DNA from: an uncultured Polyangiales bacterium
GTDB lineage: Bacteria > Myxococcota_A > Polyangia > Polyangiales > CAYWAT01
Length of the DNA: 62,962 nucleotides
Assembly (NCBI GenBank): GCA_964456305.1
Contig: CAYWAT010000002.1
Coordinates: 1-62,962, forward strand
Direction of reading: 5' to 3'
Made by a program: the position numbers and the translations under genes. Position 1 is the first letter of the stretch. Every line of letters begins with the position of its first letter. This document shows, in pieces, positions 10,055 to 19,256 of this stretch. A model generated the notes under the pieces. That model had not been told where the DNA came from. It was given only the letters and a program-made list of their open reading frames with translations, and searched no databases.

Positions 10055-10075
10055 GCTTGATGAAGTCGAACAGCC

Positions 10076-10606
10076 TCACCACTTAAACACATCATCGACT
10101 TTTTTCGGATCGATATCTTTTTTGATGGCAAGCGCCTGTAGAAGGCTACGAACAAAACCCAATGCACCTAGGGGCCACAATAAAAGGGCTGCGACAAGCA
10201 TCACCCAATACCCCAACCCCAAAGTAGAAAGCAGACCTTCGTCGGAGCCCTGCAAACTAAAGGCGCGGATTTGCAACAGAGCAGTAACTTCTGCCCCAAA
10301 ACCGAAAAGCGCTAGCAAAGCGTAAGAGATAACGGTGGGTTGCTTGAAGGCGATATGCGCCGCAACGACGGTCGCAAGCAATAGCGCAGTCGCGATGATT
10401 TTTCCGGGCTGGCTCCCGTCTTCGTGAGAAAAACGCCACGCACTGGACCATGATGTTGCTTCCTTGGCCTGCTTGTGATGAAGCGTTTCACTCTTCTGAT
10501 GAGACGTCGTTGTTTGGGCAAAAGGCAAAAGCGTTCCCGCAAGTCCTAAGAGAACAATAATAAGAGGACTGTATCGGTTTCTGGTAATCGTCGGTAAGAA
10601 TGTCAT
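10076..10606 (-). CDS. Hypothetical membrane protein
   Basis: ORF 10076..10636, with the ATG at 10606 (MTFLPTI...) preferred. It has about 4 hydrophobic helices and no recognisable family. It lies directly downstream of, and co-directional with, the DUF4130-UDG gene. Confidence 0.5.
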   Translation of the reverse strand: MTFLPTITRNRYSPLIIVLLGLAGTLLPFAQTTTSHQKSETLHHKQAKEATSWSSAWRFSHEDGSQPGKIIATALLLATVVAAHIAFKQPTVISYALLALFGFGAEVTALLQIRAFSLQGSDEGLLSTLGLGYWVMLVAALLLWPLGALGFVRSLLQALAIKKDIDPKKVDDVFKW

Positions 10607-10629
10607 CTGAACCCACAAAGTAGCACGCA

Positions 10630-12042
10630 CTAGCATGGCGTTTGTGAAAAGAGGGTCTTCGCTCTCTTCAAATCACCAACCAACGTGTCCCAGCATTGTT
10701 TAGCTTGGTTGGAGTTTTGTGGATCCTGCAGTTTACGGGGATGACAGGTCACCATCGCGGCTGCCGCCCAAGGCGTCTTGAATACCTGTCCACGCGGCTG
10801 CCGCAGATTGAGGTGTGCCCCTAACAACACACGTGCCGCATGCAGCCCTAAGCACAACACTACCTTGGGCTTTAGTTGCTCCAGCTCTGCGATGAGCCAG
10901 TTACGGCAGGCACCTTGTTGCGAAGCCCGCGGTCGTTTGCCCGAGTCCGAACCCATGTGTTTAAAAGCATGCGTCATATAAACATGCTCGCGCTCAATCG
11001 CCGCTACCTGCAAAGCATCCTCGAGCAAGGCACCGTGCCGTCCAGCAAAGGCATGGCCAGCACGGTGATCGTCGGCATGGGGGACATCGCCGAGCACAAC
11101 AAGGGAGGGATGATCAGACCCACAACCCAAAACGCTAGGCTTCGACTGACTGCAGCAACCACACGCACGACATTGACGCAGCTGCTGCTGCACATCGCTC
11201 AACGCGCGTAAAGGCTGACGCAACAAAGGCGCTGGCGAGGGCATCGTTTTCTGCATCGCGATCATTTCATCAACCTGCTGCTGCGCCTCCGCCAGCAAAC
11301 GTGGGATCTCCACCGTCTCTGGCAAGGTTGGCCAATGACGCTTAGGCATCTCGGACTGCATCGCCCGCACCATGACGCGCGTAGGATTAAAAATCGCACA
11401 GTAGTAATCGCGCCAGAGAGATTCGAGCACGTCACTTGTAGGCGCAGCGTGGCGCGGCTGTCCCGGTCCTAGTTGCCAACGCCTGCCATCAAAATGAAGA
11501 GACGCATCCGGAGTCAAAATAGACCAGCGCATATCGCTAAAGCGCTTGGCAAAAAAGGAAGCCACCAGGGGCAAAACCGGATGCTCAGGTTGATGCCAGG
11601 CAACAAAATGCGTCTCATCATCGTCGGTGTTAACCTGCCGAAAACGCACAAAGGCCTTGGTTTTGTGCGAACTGCGCCGCACCGCAGCATCCAAACGCAA
11701 TAGCTCTGCGACATCTGCATCCGCAGCCACGCGCAACACATGCGCTTCGCCGTGCAGCAATCGCCAAAGAAGACGATAAAGCAATGCGCAGCGTGACTCG
11801 CGACGATGGTGTGCAACACGACGTGCAATGCATAGAAAATCGCGCGGGACCTTAAGCTGCGCAGGCTCCTGGCGCGCGCATTTATTTGCCCAGTCGGGGT
11901 CATCAAAAAGCGAACCCGGCGCCAACCATTGAACACGCTCGGGAGGAATACGCTGCCCTAATAAATAGCGGGCACTAAGACGCCATGATTCCCACCCCAT
12001 CTCGATGGGCACAGTAAGATGTCGCGGTGATTTCGCGCTCAT
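10630..12042 (-). CDS. DUF4130 domain fused to a family-4/UdgX-like uracil-DNA-glycosylase-fold domain (partner of the DNA modification/repair radical SAM protein)
   Basis: 470 aa. The N-terminal ~260 aa resemble the conserved partner protein (…FVRFRQV…HFVAWHQPEHPVLPLVASFFAKRFSDMRWSILTP…). The C-terminal ~180 aa are UDG-like (CRAC…LVVLGDVPHADDHRAGHAFAGRHG…VYMTHAFKHM…GKRPRA…ACRNWLIAELEQLKPKVVLCLG…VTCHP). Confidence 0.75.
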   Translation of the reverse strand: MSAKSPRHLTVPIEMGWESWRLSARYLLGQRIPPERVQWLAPGSLFDDPDWANKCARQEPAQLKVPRDFLCIARRVAHHRRESRCALLYRLLWRLLHGEAHVLRVAADADVAELLRLDAAVRRSSHKTKAFVRFRQVNTDDDETHFVAWHQPEHPVLPLVASFFAKRFSDMRWSILTPDASLHFDGRRWQLGPGQPRHAAPTSDVLESLWRDYYCAIFNPTRVMVRAMQSEMPKRHWPTLPETVEIPRLLAEAQQQVDEMIAMQKTMPSPAPLLRQPLRALSDVQQQLRQCRACGCCSQSKPSVLGCGSDHPSLVVLGDVPHADDHRAGHAFAGRHGALLEDALQVAAIEREHVYMTHAFKHMGSDSGKRPRASQQGACRNWLIAELEQLKPKVVLCLGLHAARVLLGAHLNLRQPRGQVFKTPWAAAAMVTCHPRKLQDPQNSNQAKQCWDTLVGDLKRAKTLFSQTPC

Positions 12043-12060
12043 TGCATTCTCTGAACGCTC

Positions 12061-13320
12061 TTAAGTCTGAAGAGGCTGATCGAAGAGAGACAACTGCTGC
12101 GGCTTGACCTGCGCCTCGAGATTCGCGTGCTCCAACCATCGCAGCGGAGCAGGATTACGATCACGGGTGATCACAAAAGGAGCCACCTTACGCAGTGCAA
12201 CACGCATGCGCTGAAGCACAGTCATCGTGATGGGGATGTGACGACGCGAGGCGATGATCTTCTGCGCATTACGCACGCCCAAACCGGGAACGCGCAGCAG
12301 CAGTTCACGTGGTGCGGTATTGAGATCGACTGGAAAGAGTTCGCGATGCTTGAGAGCCCAGGCGAGCTTGGGATCGATATCGAGCCTTAAGTTGGGATCG
12401 GCCTCTGAGGCGATTTCATCCACGTCGAAGCCATAAAAGCGCAGCAACCAATCGGCTTGATACAGGCGATGCTCGCGTACGAGAGGCGGAGCCTTGGCTG
12501 GCATACCCGCTGCTGCAAAAGGAATGGGACTATAGCCGGAGTAATAGACCCGACGCATACGATAACGCGTGTAAAGATGATGGGCGGTATTCAGGACAAG
12601 GCGATCGGGTGAAGGCGTCGCGCCCACAATCATCTGGGTGCTTTGACCCGCGGGTGCGATCATCTCCTTGCGCTTGATACGCCTGGAGCGACGCGCTTGA
12701 ATGCTTTCGTCGATGGCTTCGCGCAGCGCCCCCATGCTCCCCTCGATTTGCTCGCCTTCTTTCTCGGGAGCGAGCCGGTTGAGATCGGCGCGAGAAGGCA
12801 ACTCGATGTTGACGCTCACGCGGTCGGCGTAACGCCCTGCTTTGCGAATCAGTGCATCGCTAGCGCCAGCAACTGCCTTGAGATGGATATACCCGGCAAA
12901 GGCCTCTCGCTCGCGCAAACGTTGAGCGATGCTGATCATCCGCTCCATCGTATCGTCCGCACTGCGACGGACGGCGCTGCTCAAAAACAAGCCTTCTATG
13001 TAGTTGCGACGATAGAAGTCGAGGGTCAGGGTCACGAGCTCGTCGGGCTCGAAGGTGGCGCGCTCTACCCCACTCGATCGACGGCTGACACAATAAGCGC
13101 AATCGTAAATACACACATTGGTCATCAATACTTTGAGCAGCGATATACAACGACCATCGGGGGTATAGCTATGGCAAATGCCCATCCCCTGAGTGCTACC
13201 CAGTCCTTTTTCATTGCGCCCCTTGGAGCCGCTGCTCGCACATGAGGCATCGTATTTGGCCGCGCTGGCGAGCACACGCAGCTTGCGATGAATAGACGGC
13301 TCGGGCATGGCCGCCATCAT
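12061..13320 (-). CDS. Putative DNA modification/repair radical SAM protein (with C-terminal helix-hairpin-helix)
   Basis: 419 aa. It has a CIYDCAYC (CX3CX2C) radical SAM cluster motif and a C-terminal HhH-like LNTAPRELLLRVPGLGVRNAQKIIASRR. Pairing with the DUF4130 protein is as described for this family. Confidence 0.8.
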   Translation of the reverse strand: MMAAMPEPSIHRKLRVLASAAKYDASCASSGSKGRNEKGLGSTQGMGICHSYTPDGRCISLLKVLMTNVCIYDCAYCVSRRSSGVERATFEPDELVTLTLDFYRRNYIEGLFLSSAVRRSADDTMERMISIAQRLREREAFAGYIHLKAVAGASDALIRKAGRYADRVSVNIELPSRADLNRLAPEKEGEQIEGSMGALREAIDESIQARRSRRIKRKEMIAPAGQSTQMIVGATPSPDRLVLNTAHHLYTRYRMRRVYYSGYSPIPFAAAGMPAKAPPLVREHRLYQADWLLRFYGFDVDEIASEADPNLRLDIDPKLAWALKHRELFPVDLNTAPRELLLRVPGLGVRNAQKIIASRRHIPITMTVLQRMRVALRKVAPFVITRDRNPAPLRWLEHANLEAQVKPQQLSLFDQPLQT

Positions 13321-13329
13321 GCAAGGACA

Positions 13330-13345
13330 CTGAACACTTGTCCAG
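13330..13345. promoter_or_regulatory. Near-palindrome CTGAACACTTGTCCAG (LexA/SOS-box-like)
   Basis: The site lies 10-25 bp upstream of the radical SAM start codon (13320), within a 45-bp intergenic gap. Its form is CTGaAC-N4-GTcCAG. On the gene strand it reads CTGGACAAGTGTTCAG. Confidence 0.35.
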
Positions 13346-13365
13346 TTTATTTGTGCTAAGTTTAC

Positions 13366-13905
13366 CTAACCCTGGTCAGCAGCCTCAGCTACTTTCTTGA
13401 GGCGCTGCAAACCGTCTTCGTAATAAGAGCCCACCATACCATCGATGCACAGGCCAAAGTAACGTCCGATGATATTCCAGCCGCTATCGCCTTGCATACC
13501 CCAGGTCACTTCTGTGCTCTGGCCCTTTTCTCTGAAACGCCAATAAGCCTGCGCTTGCCCCTGTTCTTTGAAATCCAGATCAATCACAATACGTGCAGGC
13601 GACTGACTTTCGACAATGGTCATCTTGCCCTCACCGCTTTCGTCTCCTTGCCACGTTGCCCACGCGCCCTGACCCGCCTCGGGACCGCCATAGGTGGTCT
13701 TCAGACTTGGGTCGGCGGCTTGCCATGGCGACCATTTTTCATTCTCGCGCAGGTTGTTCACCAGGTTGAAAATCACCGCGGGTTTTGCGTCCATGGATAG
13801 GCTGCGCTCAACCTCATAACCCGAGGGCAAAAACAAGCCCACCAGGAGAAATAGAGCCAGCACGATGCCTAAGCCTGCGAGTATGCGAATGACGATCCGT
13901 TTCAT
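13366..13905 (-). CDS. SRPBCC (START/polyketide-cyclase-like) family protein with N-terminal membrane anchor
   Basis: ORF 13366..13932, with the ATG at 13905 (MKRIVIRILAGLGIVLALFLLVGLFL) preferred. The body resembles SRPBCC-superfamily proteins. Confidence 0.6.
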   Translation of the reverse strand: MKRIVIRILAGLGIVLALFLLVGLFLPSGYEVERSLSMDAKPAVIFNLVNNLRENEKWSPWQAADPSLKTTYGGPEAGQGAWATWQGDESGEGKMTIVESQSPARIVIDLDFKEQGQAQAYWRFREKGQSTEVTWGMQGDSGWNIIGRYFGLCIDGMVGSYYEDGLQRLKKVAEAADQG

Positions 13906-13953
13906 GCGCCTGACTTCACACACGCGAAGCAACGCGTCAATGTAGGACGAGGC

Positions 13954-15483
13954 TCAGCCCTTGCTGTGCTCCTCGCCATCAAAACGCAGCGCAGTATCTT
14001 TATCGGCCGTGCGCGTATGCAACTCCACCGGCCGCTTCCATAAACGAACCAGCGACTCGAGGCATTTCTCGGCCCAGTCCATACGCAAGTCCATGCCCAT
14101 GTGATCATGCACCAGCATCAGTTCACCGCGATTGCCGTGGTTCGCGTTATCCACGTAAATGAAGGGGTTGCCGCCATTGGTGAGCGACGACAGAAGCTGC
14201 TCTTTGACTTGCATAAACTGGCGTGAGGCGATTTCCCAGCGCTCGTGTCGTGGGTTGTAGCCAAAGGCATACATCTTTTGCTCGGCGACAAACTCAGGCG
14301 TGAGAAACTCATCAATAAAGGTTAAGTCGTTGTACAGTGCGCGCACTTCAAATATTTTCTGCTTGCCCAAACCCGTGCGTCTATCCCAGTTGTTACGTCG
14401 AGAAAAGCTATCGCAGTCTTCCCACTCTTTGCCGAACTGACCGCGATTCCATCGCTCTTCAATGTGGCGATAAAGCTCCACGCCCAGTTTATAAGGATTA
14501 AGCTGACCTTGCTGAGTGACCAATACACCGGCACAACGATCGGCATAATCGATGATCTCATCATCCTGACAAAGCTCCTCTGTCATCAGCTTAGAGTGCC
14601 AGTATGTTGCCCATCCTTCATTCATGATTTTGGTCTGACGTTGCGGCAGAAAGTAATAGGCTTCGCGACGAATCATCGCCACCACGTCGCGTTCCCATCG
14701 TTCTAAGGGAGCATGCTGCAACATAAATCCCAGTACATCACGCACGCGAGTCTCGGGAAATTTCTTCTTTTTCTCTTTATCGTCGGCAAGCTTTTGGCGC
14801 TGTTCTTCGACGAATGATTCGGGATTGATAAAGGGATCCATATACGCGTGATCCACACGCAACCGAGGCAATTCTTCGGAGCTTTCTTCATCAACTGTGT
14901 CGCTTTGAGAAGACAGATCATGAGGCGCAAAAGGAAGCTGAGGATCGATCAGATTTTCCAGACTCAGGCAGGTGTCGATCAGCTCTTCAATCGCTTCGAT
15001 ACCCAAGCGGTTAATCCATCGGCGCATCGTTGCCGCGTGATTCGCAATCGTATCGATCCACTTGCGAATGCTCTGCCCGCGTTCACGGTCATATCCCTGG
15101 TCGGTAATGCGAAACGCGAAGTTGTTTTTGAAAAAATCGACGTGGGCGTAGACATGCGCCATCACCAGCTTTTGATCCACCCAGGTATTGCCCTCGAGCA
15201 AATACGCCACCGAGGGATTGTTGTTGATCACCATCTCGTAGATTTTCGATAAACCGTACTCGTAGTTTTTGGCGATGCGCTCGTACTCCATGCCAAAGCG
15301 CCAATGCGGATACCGGGTGGGAAATCCGCCATAGGCTGCAATCTCGTTCATTTGGCTGTAGTTCACCATTTCAAAGAGCACGGGATAAAAATCGAGACCA
15401 CAGGCCGCCGCTTGCTTTTCGATCTGCACCTGTAAATCGCGAATGTCGCTGGGCAGAGCGGTTTGATTGGCAAAGCGACTCAT
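13954..15483 (-). CDS. spoVR: SpoVR family protein
   Basis: 509 aa with full-length similarity to SpoVR/YcgB (…[36 protein letters not shown]…). It abuts yeaH with no gap. Confidence 0.9.
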   Translation of the reverse strand: MSRFANQTALPSDIRDLQVQIEKQAAACGLDFYPVLFEMVNYSQMNEIAAYGGFPTRYPHWRFGMEYERIAKNYEYGLSKIYEMVINNNPSVAYLLEGNTWVDQKLVMAHVYAHVDFFKNNFAFRITDQGYDRERGQSIRKWIDTIANHAATMRRWINRLGIEAIEELIDTCLSLENLIDPQLPFAPHDLSSQSDTVDEESSEELPRLRVDHAYMDPFINPESFVEEQRQKLADDKEKKKKFPETRVRDVLGFMLQHAPLERWERDVVAMIRREAYYFLPQRQTKIMNEGWATYWHSKLMTEELCQDDEIIDYADRCAGVLVTQQGQLNPYKLGVELYRHIEERWNRGQFGKEWEDCDSFSRRNNWDRRTGLGKQKIFEVRALYNDLTFIDEFLTPEFVAEQKMYAFGYNPRHERWEIASRQFMQVKEQLLSSLTNGGNPFIYVDNANHGNRGELMLVHDHMGMDLRMDWAEKCLESLVRLWKRPVELHTRTADKDTALRFDGEEHSKG

Positions 15484-16596
15484 TTATTTCCCCGTCCCAA
15501 GAAAGTCGCGAATGGACTCGATGATGGCGTCGCGATTGCGAATCTCACTAATGATCAAACGCGCATCATCTTTAAAATGCTGACTGAGATCTTTAAGGAA
15601 CTGCCCCGAACCGTAAGGACTTTCGACCTGGCCGTAACAAAACACATTGGCCACTGGCAGCAGCACATCTTGCATAAGGGTCAGACATTGCTGGGTGTCC
15701 TCGCCGCTCCAGTTATCGCCATCGGAAAAATGAAAGGGATAAATATTCCATTGCTCGCGCGGATAGTCGGTCTCGATGATCTTAGCCGCCAGCTGATAGG
15801 CCGAGGAAATCATGGTGCCACCCGACTCGCGTGTGCGAAAAAAGGTGTCGCGATCGACTTCACGCGCAACGGCGTCGTGAATGATATAACGTGTAGCCAG
15901 CTTGGGATAATGCTTACGCAGCCAAACATCGATCCAAAAGGTCTCTGTGCGCACAATGTCCTTTTGGTCCTGCCCCATCGATCCCGAGACATCCATCATG
16001 TAGATAATCACGGCGTTGGCGGCGGGCTCGTCGATCAGCTTGGGCGCCTTGTAACGCATATCGCTGCGCGAAGGAATGATCACCGGATTGCTGCGATCGT
16101 AGGTGCCCGATGAAATCTGACGACGCAGCGCCTGACGAAAGGTGCGCTTAAAGTGCTTGAGCGAGTTAGGGCCCACGGGACGAACGCCCACGTAACGACT
16201 CTTTTTTTCGTCCATCACTGGACGCCCTCGCGGCTCGATAGCTGGAAGCGCCAGGGCTTCGCCTAGAATATCGGCAAGCTCATCAAAACTCAGTTCGACC
16301 TCGAGAGGATGCTCACCCGGATCCTGCCCTGCTTCCCCAGCTCCAGAAGAACCCTCTTGAGGGTCGCCTCCCAAGGAATCCCCCACATCACCTTCACCCT
16401 GAGCCACCCCCCCCTGCTGCTTTTCAGCATGACGAAAGCGGGGAATGTCCACCTGTGGCAGAGGAATGGACACGCTTTTGTTGCCCTGACGTCCAAGCAA
16501 CTCGCCATGCGTCAGGTACTTGCGCAAATCTCTGCGGATGCGCCCGCGCACAATCTCGCGATAACGACTATGATCTTGACCGATTCGAAGTGCCAC
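15484..16596 (-). CDS. yeaH: YeaH/YhbH family protein (DUF444)
   Basis: 370 aa. [18 protein letters not shown]…[11 protein letters not shown]…[13 protein letters not shown] match YhbH/YeaH. The start is a GTG at 16596 with no obvious SD sequence. Confidence 0.85.
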   Translation of the reverse strand: MALRIGQDHSRYREIVRGRIRRDLRKYLTHGELLGRQGNKSVSIPLPQVDIPRFRHAEKQQGGVAQGEGDVGDSLGGDPQEGSSGAGEAGQDPGEHPLEVELSFDELADILGEALALPAIEPRGRPVMDEKKSRYVGVRPVGPNSLKHFKRTFRQALRRQISSGTYDRSNPVIIPSRSDMRYKAPKLIDEPAANAVIIYMMDVSGSMGQDQKDIVRTETFWIDVWLRKHYPKLATRYIIHDAVAREVDRDTFFRTRESGGTMISSAYQLAAKIIETDYPREQWNIYPFHFSDGDNWSGEDTQQCLTLMQDVLLPVANVFCYGQVESPYGSGQFLKDLSQHFKDDARLIISEIRNRDAIIESIRDFLGTGK

Positions 16597-16606
16597 GTTG
16601 TACGAT

Positions 16607-16716
16607 GATATCGCTTACGCAGCTCAGATACTAGAGCGAAAGCCGCCTACCAAATCGTAGCGATCACATCGGCATCTCGAATAGCCTGATCCTTGGTCAC
16701 AAGCTCAGCGTGATGT
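16607..16716. repeat. 110-bp direct repeat, copy 1 (orphan copy of the vapC 3' end plus downstream 40 bp)
   Basis: Aligns base for base with 18507..18616 at an offset of exactly 1900 bp. There are 106 identities out of 110, and the 4 mismatches are confined to 16621-16630. Confidence 0.9.
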
Positions 16717-16783
16717 ACCGATGGAGACTCACATTGATTGGCATTTCGATGATTCATGCAAACACCTCGCATGAGACTCAAAA

Positions 16784-18403
16784 CTACGTGCCACTGCGAA
16801 CACCGCTAAACAAGATCTCCATTTCTTTAGCGGCTTCTTCAAATGCTAGCGATATCTGACCGTTATGCTCAAACAAAAACTTGCCATGACTTGCCTTAAT
16901 AGGTCGGTCTAGAGGGAGCTTTCTAACGATCAATTTCTCTATCTCGCGAAGCTCTTTCTCACGTATGCATATCTCAACATAATCAGAAATTCTAAATCCC
17001 ATTCCATAAATGCTTTTAAATCCATCAAGCGAAGCAGGATTTGTCCGTGCAACTTCATCAAAGTGAAAACGTGCCATCAGCTGAGGATCTATTAAATTTG
17101 CCTCGGTGTAATCGCGACAAAATCTTTGATATGTCCTTCCCGATCGCTGGGTGCTGCTGATTACAAAAGGTAAGTCTATCGAAGACAATCCCATTGTTGC
17201 TGTTAATACCACGGCAAGAGAATCTGCTTCTATTTCTACAGAAGCAGGATGGAGTCCATCAAAATTTTTCAAGACCTCAAACGTAGTTTCTTCAAGCTGA
17301 TTTATTGCTTTATCAGCGCTTTGATGTGGATTAGAAAAAGCCTGATTAAGTGAATTTCGACGCACGGGCGAAATCACAATATTATCAATCATTGAAAAAA
17401 TAACTTTCTCAACGAAATCCTGATTCAGCTGACATTGGCTAAGAAGAGCAAGAAACACTCGCCCCCTTGCCTGAAGTTCATTGATGTAGCCCTCTGAGTC
17501 CAGAACTCCTGTGCCAGCATGGTCACCTCCAATACCTACGTAGTCAAAAACCGATGATGCACCTCTAACCAGGCCACTAGGATTGGGATGATGACAAATA
17601 AATTCAGTGCCTTTGTCTCCGTACACATGAGCCCACAAAACCCAATAAGCCATCGATGTTGTCCAGATTGACGTCGCGTTTTTCCCTGCTCCAACCATTG
17701 CAATCATGTTGCGCAAATCGAAGTAATCAATACGATCAAGATCCCGCTTAACGTCTACAAGTCGCTGAGAACTATCAATGACATTGAGAAATGAACCTGC
17801 ATAATAGTCTATATAGCGGTTTCCATGACCATAAAACAAATGAGATAATTCATGAGCTAAAACGATAGTAATGAACGTTTCATTGCGTTGATCATGTGGG
17901 ATGAATGAAAGATACCCTTGGTCGATAAAAATAGTCCACCAAGTCTTAACGGCAGGTCTTTGCGAAGGATCAGTAGAGTTAACAATCCGGGCACCAGCAT
18001 TATCGGTATCAAGAATCACAATCTCTGGCATGCCCAGTTCACGTATTGGATCATCTGGATCAAGACGCTTGAGTAAGGTCGAATAGACCTCGTAAAGCAC
18101 TCGTTCGAGATACGCATAGCTTTTGGGCGCATCACGCCGCTCGACAACTTCTGCACCAAGCAGATAAAGCAAATCGGCTCGCTCCGAGGCGGAAGCTTCG
18201 CTCCACTTGATCACGAACCTAGGATCAATATGCGAACGATTTTGCGCTAATGCGATCTCAGCACGACGCTGGAGATTTGCTCTGATAGCAGCAGTGCTTT
18301 TAGCATCCACATCTCCCGGGTTTGCAGTACCGCAAGCCCATAGTGAACACAGCATCAATAAACACAAAAATCCAATAGCGCAGTGGCTTACTCTTAAGCA
18401 CAT
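16784..18403 (-). CDS. Lipoprotein, divergent M48-like zinc metalloprotease
   Basis: ORF 16784..18409 (TTG), with an ATG at 18403. It has a lipobox LCSLWAC, an HELSHLFYGH (HExxH) motif and a downstream VEIEADSLAV resembling the E-x-E-A-D motif of M48 peptidases. The gene is visibly AT-richer than its neighbours. Confidence 0.6.
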   Translation of the reverse strand: MCLRVSHCAIGFLCLLMLCSLWACGTANPGDVDAKSTAAIRANLQRRAEIALAQNRSHIDPRFVIKWSEASASERADLLYLLGAEVVERRDAPKSYAYLERVLYEVYSTLLKRLDPDDPIRELGMPEIVILDTDNAGARIVNSTDPSQRPAVKTWWTIFIDQGYLSFIPHDQRNETFITIVLAHELSHLFYGHGNRYIDYYAGSFLNVIDSSQRLVDVKRDLDRIDYFDLRNMIAMVGAGKNATSIWTTSMAYWVLWAHVYGDKGTEFICHHPNPSGLVRGASSVFDYVGIGGDHAGTGVLDSEGYINELQARGRVFLALLSQCQLNQDFVEKVIFSMIDNIVISPVRRNSLNQAFSNPHQSADKAINQLEETTFEVLKNFDGLHPASVEIEADSLAVVLTATMGLSSIDLPFVISSTQRSGRTYQRFCRDYTEANLIDPQLMARFHFDEVARTNPASLDGFKSIYGMGFRISDYVEICIREKELREIEKLIVRKLPLDRPIKASHGKFLFEHNGQISLAFEEAAKEMEILFSGVRSGT

Positions 18404-18506
18404 AAGCAATCCAACTTCTTATAAGAACAACAGTAAGAACGAAAAGAGGCGCTAAGTTAGCACCGCCCCTAATCAGGTCAATGCAGCAATAAGCTTGCGA
18501 CGCGAG

Positions 18507-18616
18507 GATATCGCTTACGCGACCCAGATGCTAGAGCGAAAGCCGCCTACCAAATCGTAGCGATCACATCGGCATCTCGAATAGCCTGATCCTTGGTCAC
18601 AAGCTCAGCGTGATGT
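18507..18616. repeat. 110-bp direct repeat, copy 2 (resident copy overlapping the vapC 3' end)
   Basis: See copy 1. This copy covers the last 23 codons plus stop of vapC (18547-18616) and the 40 bp downstream of it. Confidence 0.9.
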
Positions 18617-18933
18617 GCCAACGCGGTTGAAACAATTAACCTATCCGCTGGATCTGCATGCATGTGATCGCCAAGTTGAGTGGACGCCGCTGCAATACTT
18701 GGAGTTAGAGGCAGTAAATTAACGCGAGGCTCTGCAAGTGCATTCTCCATCCACAGTACCACCTCGCAGTTGAGCTCGATGCGCTTTTTAGCCACCAGCA
18801 TACACATCTCCCAGCAGCTAATGGCAGCGATGCCAATGCGCTCACTTGCGTTGATACTCTCAAGTGCTTGGTCACTAAGACGATGCGGGTCGCTCATCCA
18901 CCAGATCCACGCGTGCGTATCAAGTACGATCAC
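18547..18933 (-). CDS. vapC: Type II toxin, PIN-domain ribonuclease VapC
   Basis: 128 aa. MIVLDTHAWIWW…, and conserved acidic residues (D5, E41-like, D-rich C-terminus) typical of PIN. It overlaps the upstream antitoxin by 4 bp. Confidence 0.85.
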   Translation of the reverse strand: MIVLDTHAWIWWMSDPHRLSDQALESINASERIGIAAISCWEMCMLVAKKRIELNCEVVLWMENALAEPRVNLLPLTPSIAAASTQLGDHMHADPADRLIVSTALAHHAELVTKDQAIRDADVIATIW

Positions 18934-19160
18934 GCGTTAGCGTCCCAGGCTTCATCGATCGGGGAAACAATATCGTCATGATATTTTACGCTACCCCGCA
19001 GTGACATGGGATCTCTAGAACTTAGAGGGACGAGCTTCGCGATAGGGCGCCCTCGTTTGGTAATCGTAAAACTTTTCCCTCGTTTAACTTGTTCAAGCAA
19101 TTGTGAGAGGTGAGTTTTAACCTCGAAAGCGCCCAATGATTTACCAAATTTCACCATCAA
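18930..19160 (-). CDS. Type II antitoxin, Phd/YefM family
   Basis: 76 aa. FEVKTHLSQLLEQVKRGKSFTITKRGRPIAKLVP is a Phd/YefM-type N-terminal fold. It overlaps the vapC start by 4 bp. Confidence 0.8.
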   Translation of the reverse strand: MMVKFGKSLGAFEVKTHLSQLLEQVKRGKSFTITKRGRPIAKLVPLSSRDPMSLRGSVKYHDDIVSPIDEAWDANA

Positions 19161-19256
19161 ACCAGTTTGCGACTAGTTCGTAATGAACACAAGCCTTATT
19201 GAGAGTCCTATTCTCTCACGAAGAAGTGCAATAGCTAAGTGGACTGAAGCGGTGAA

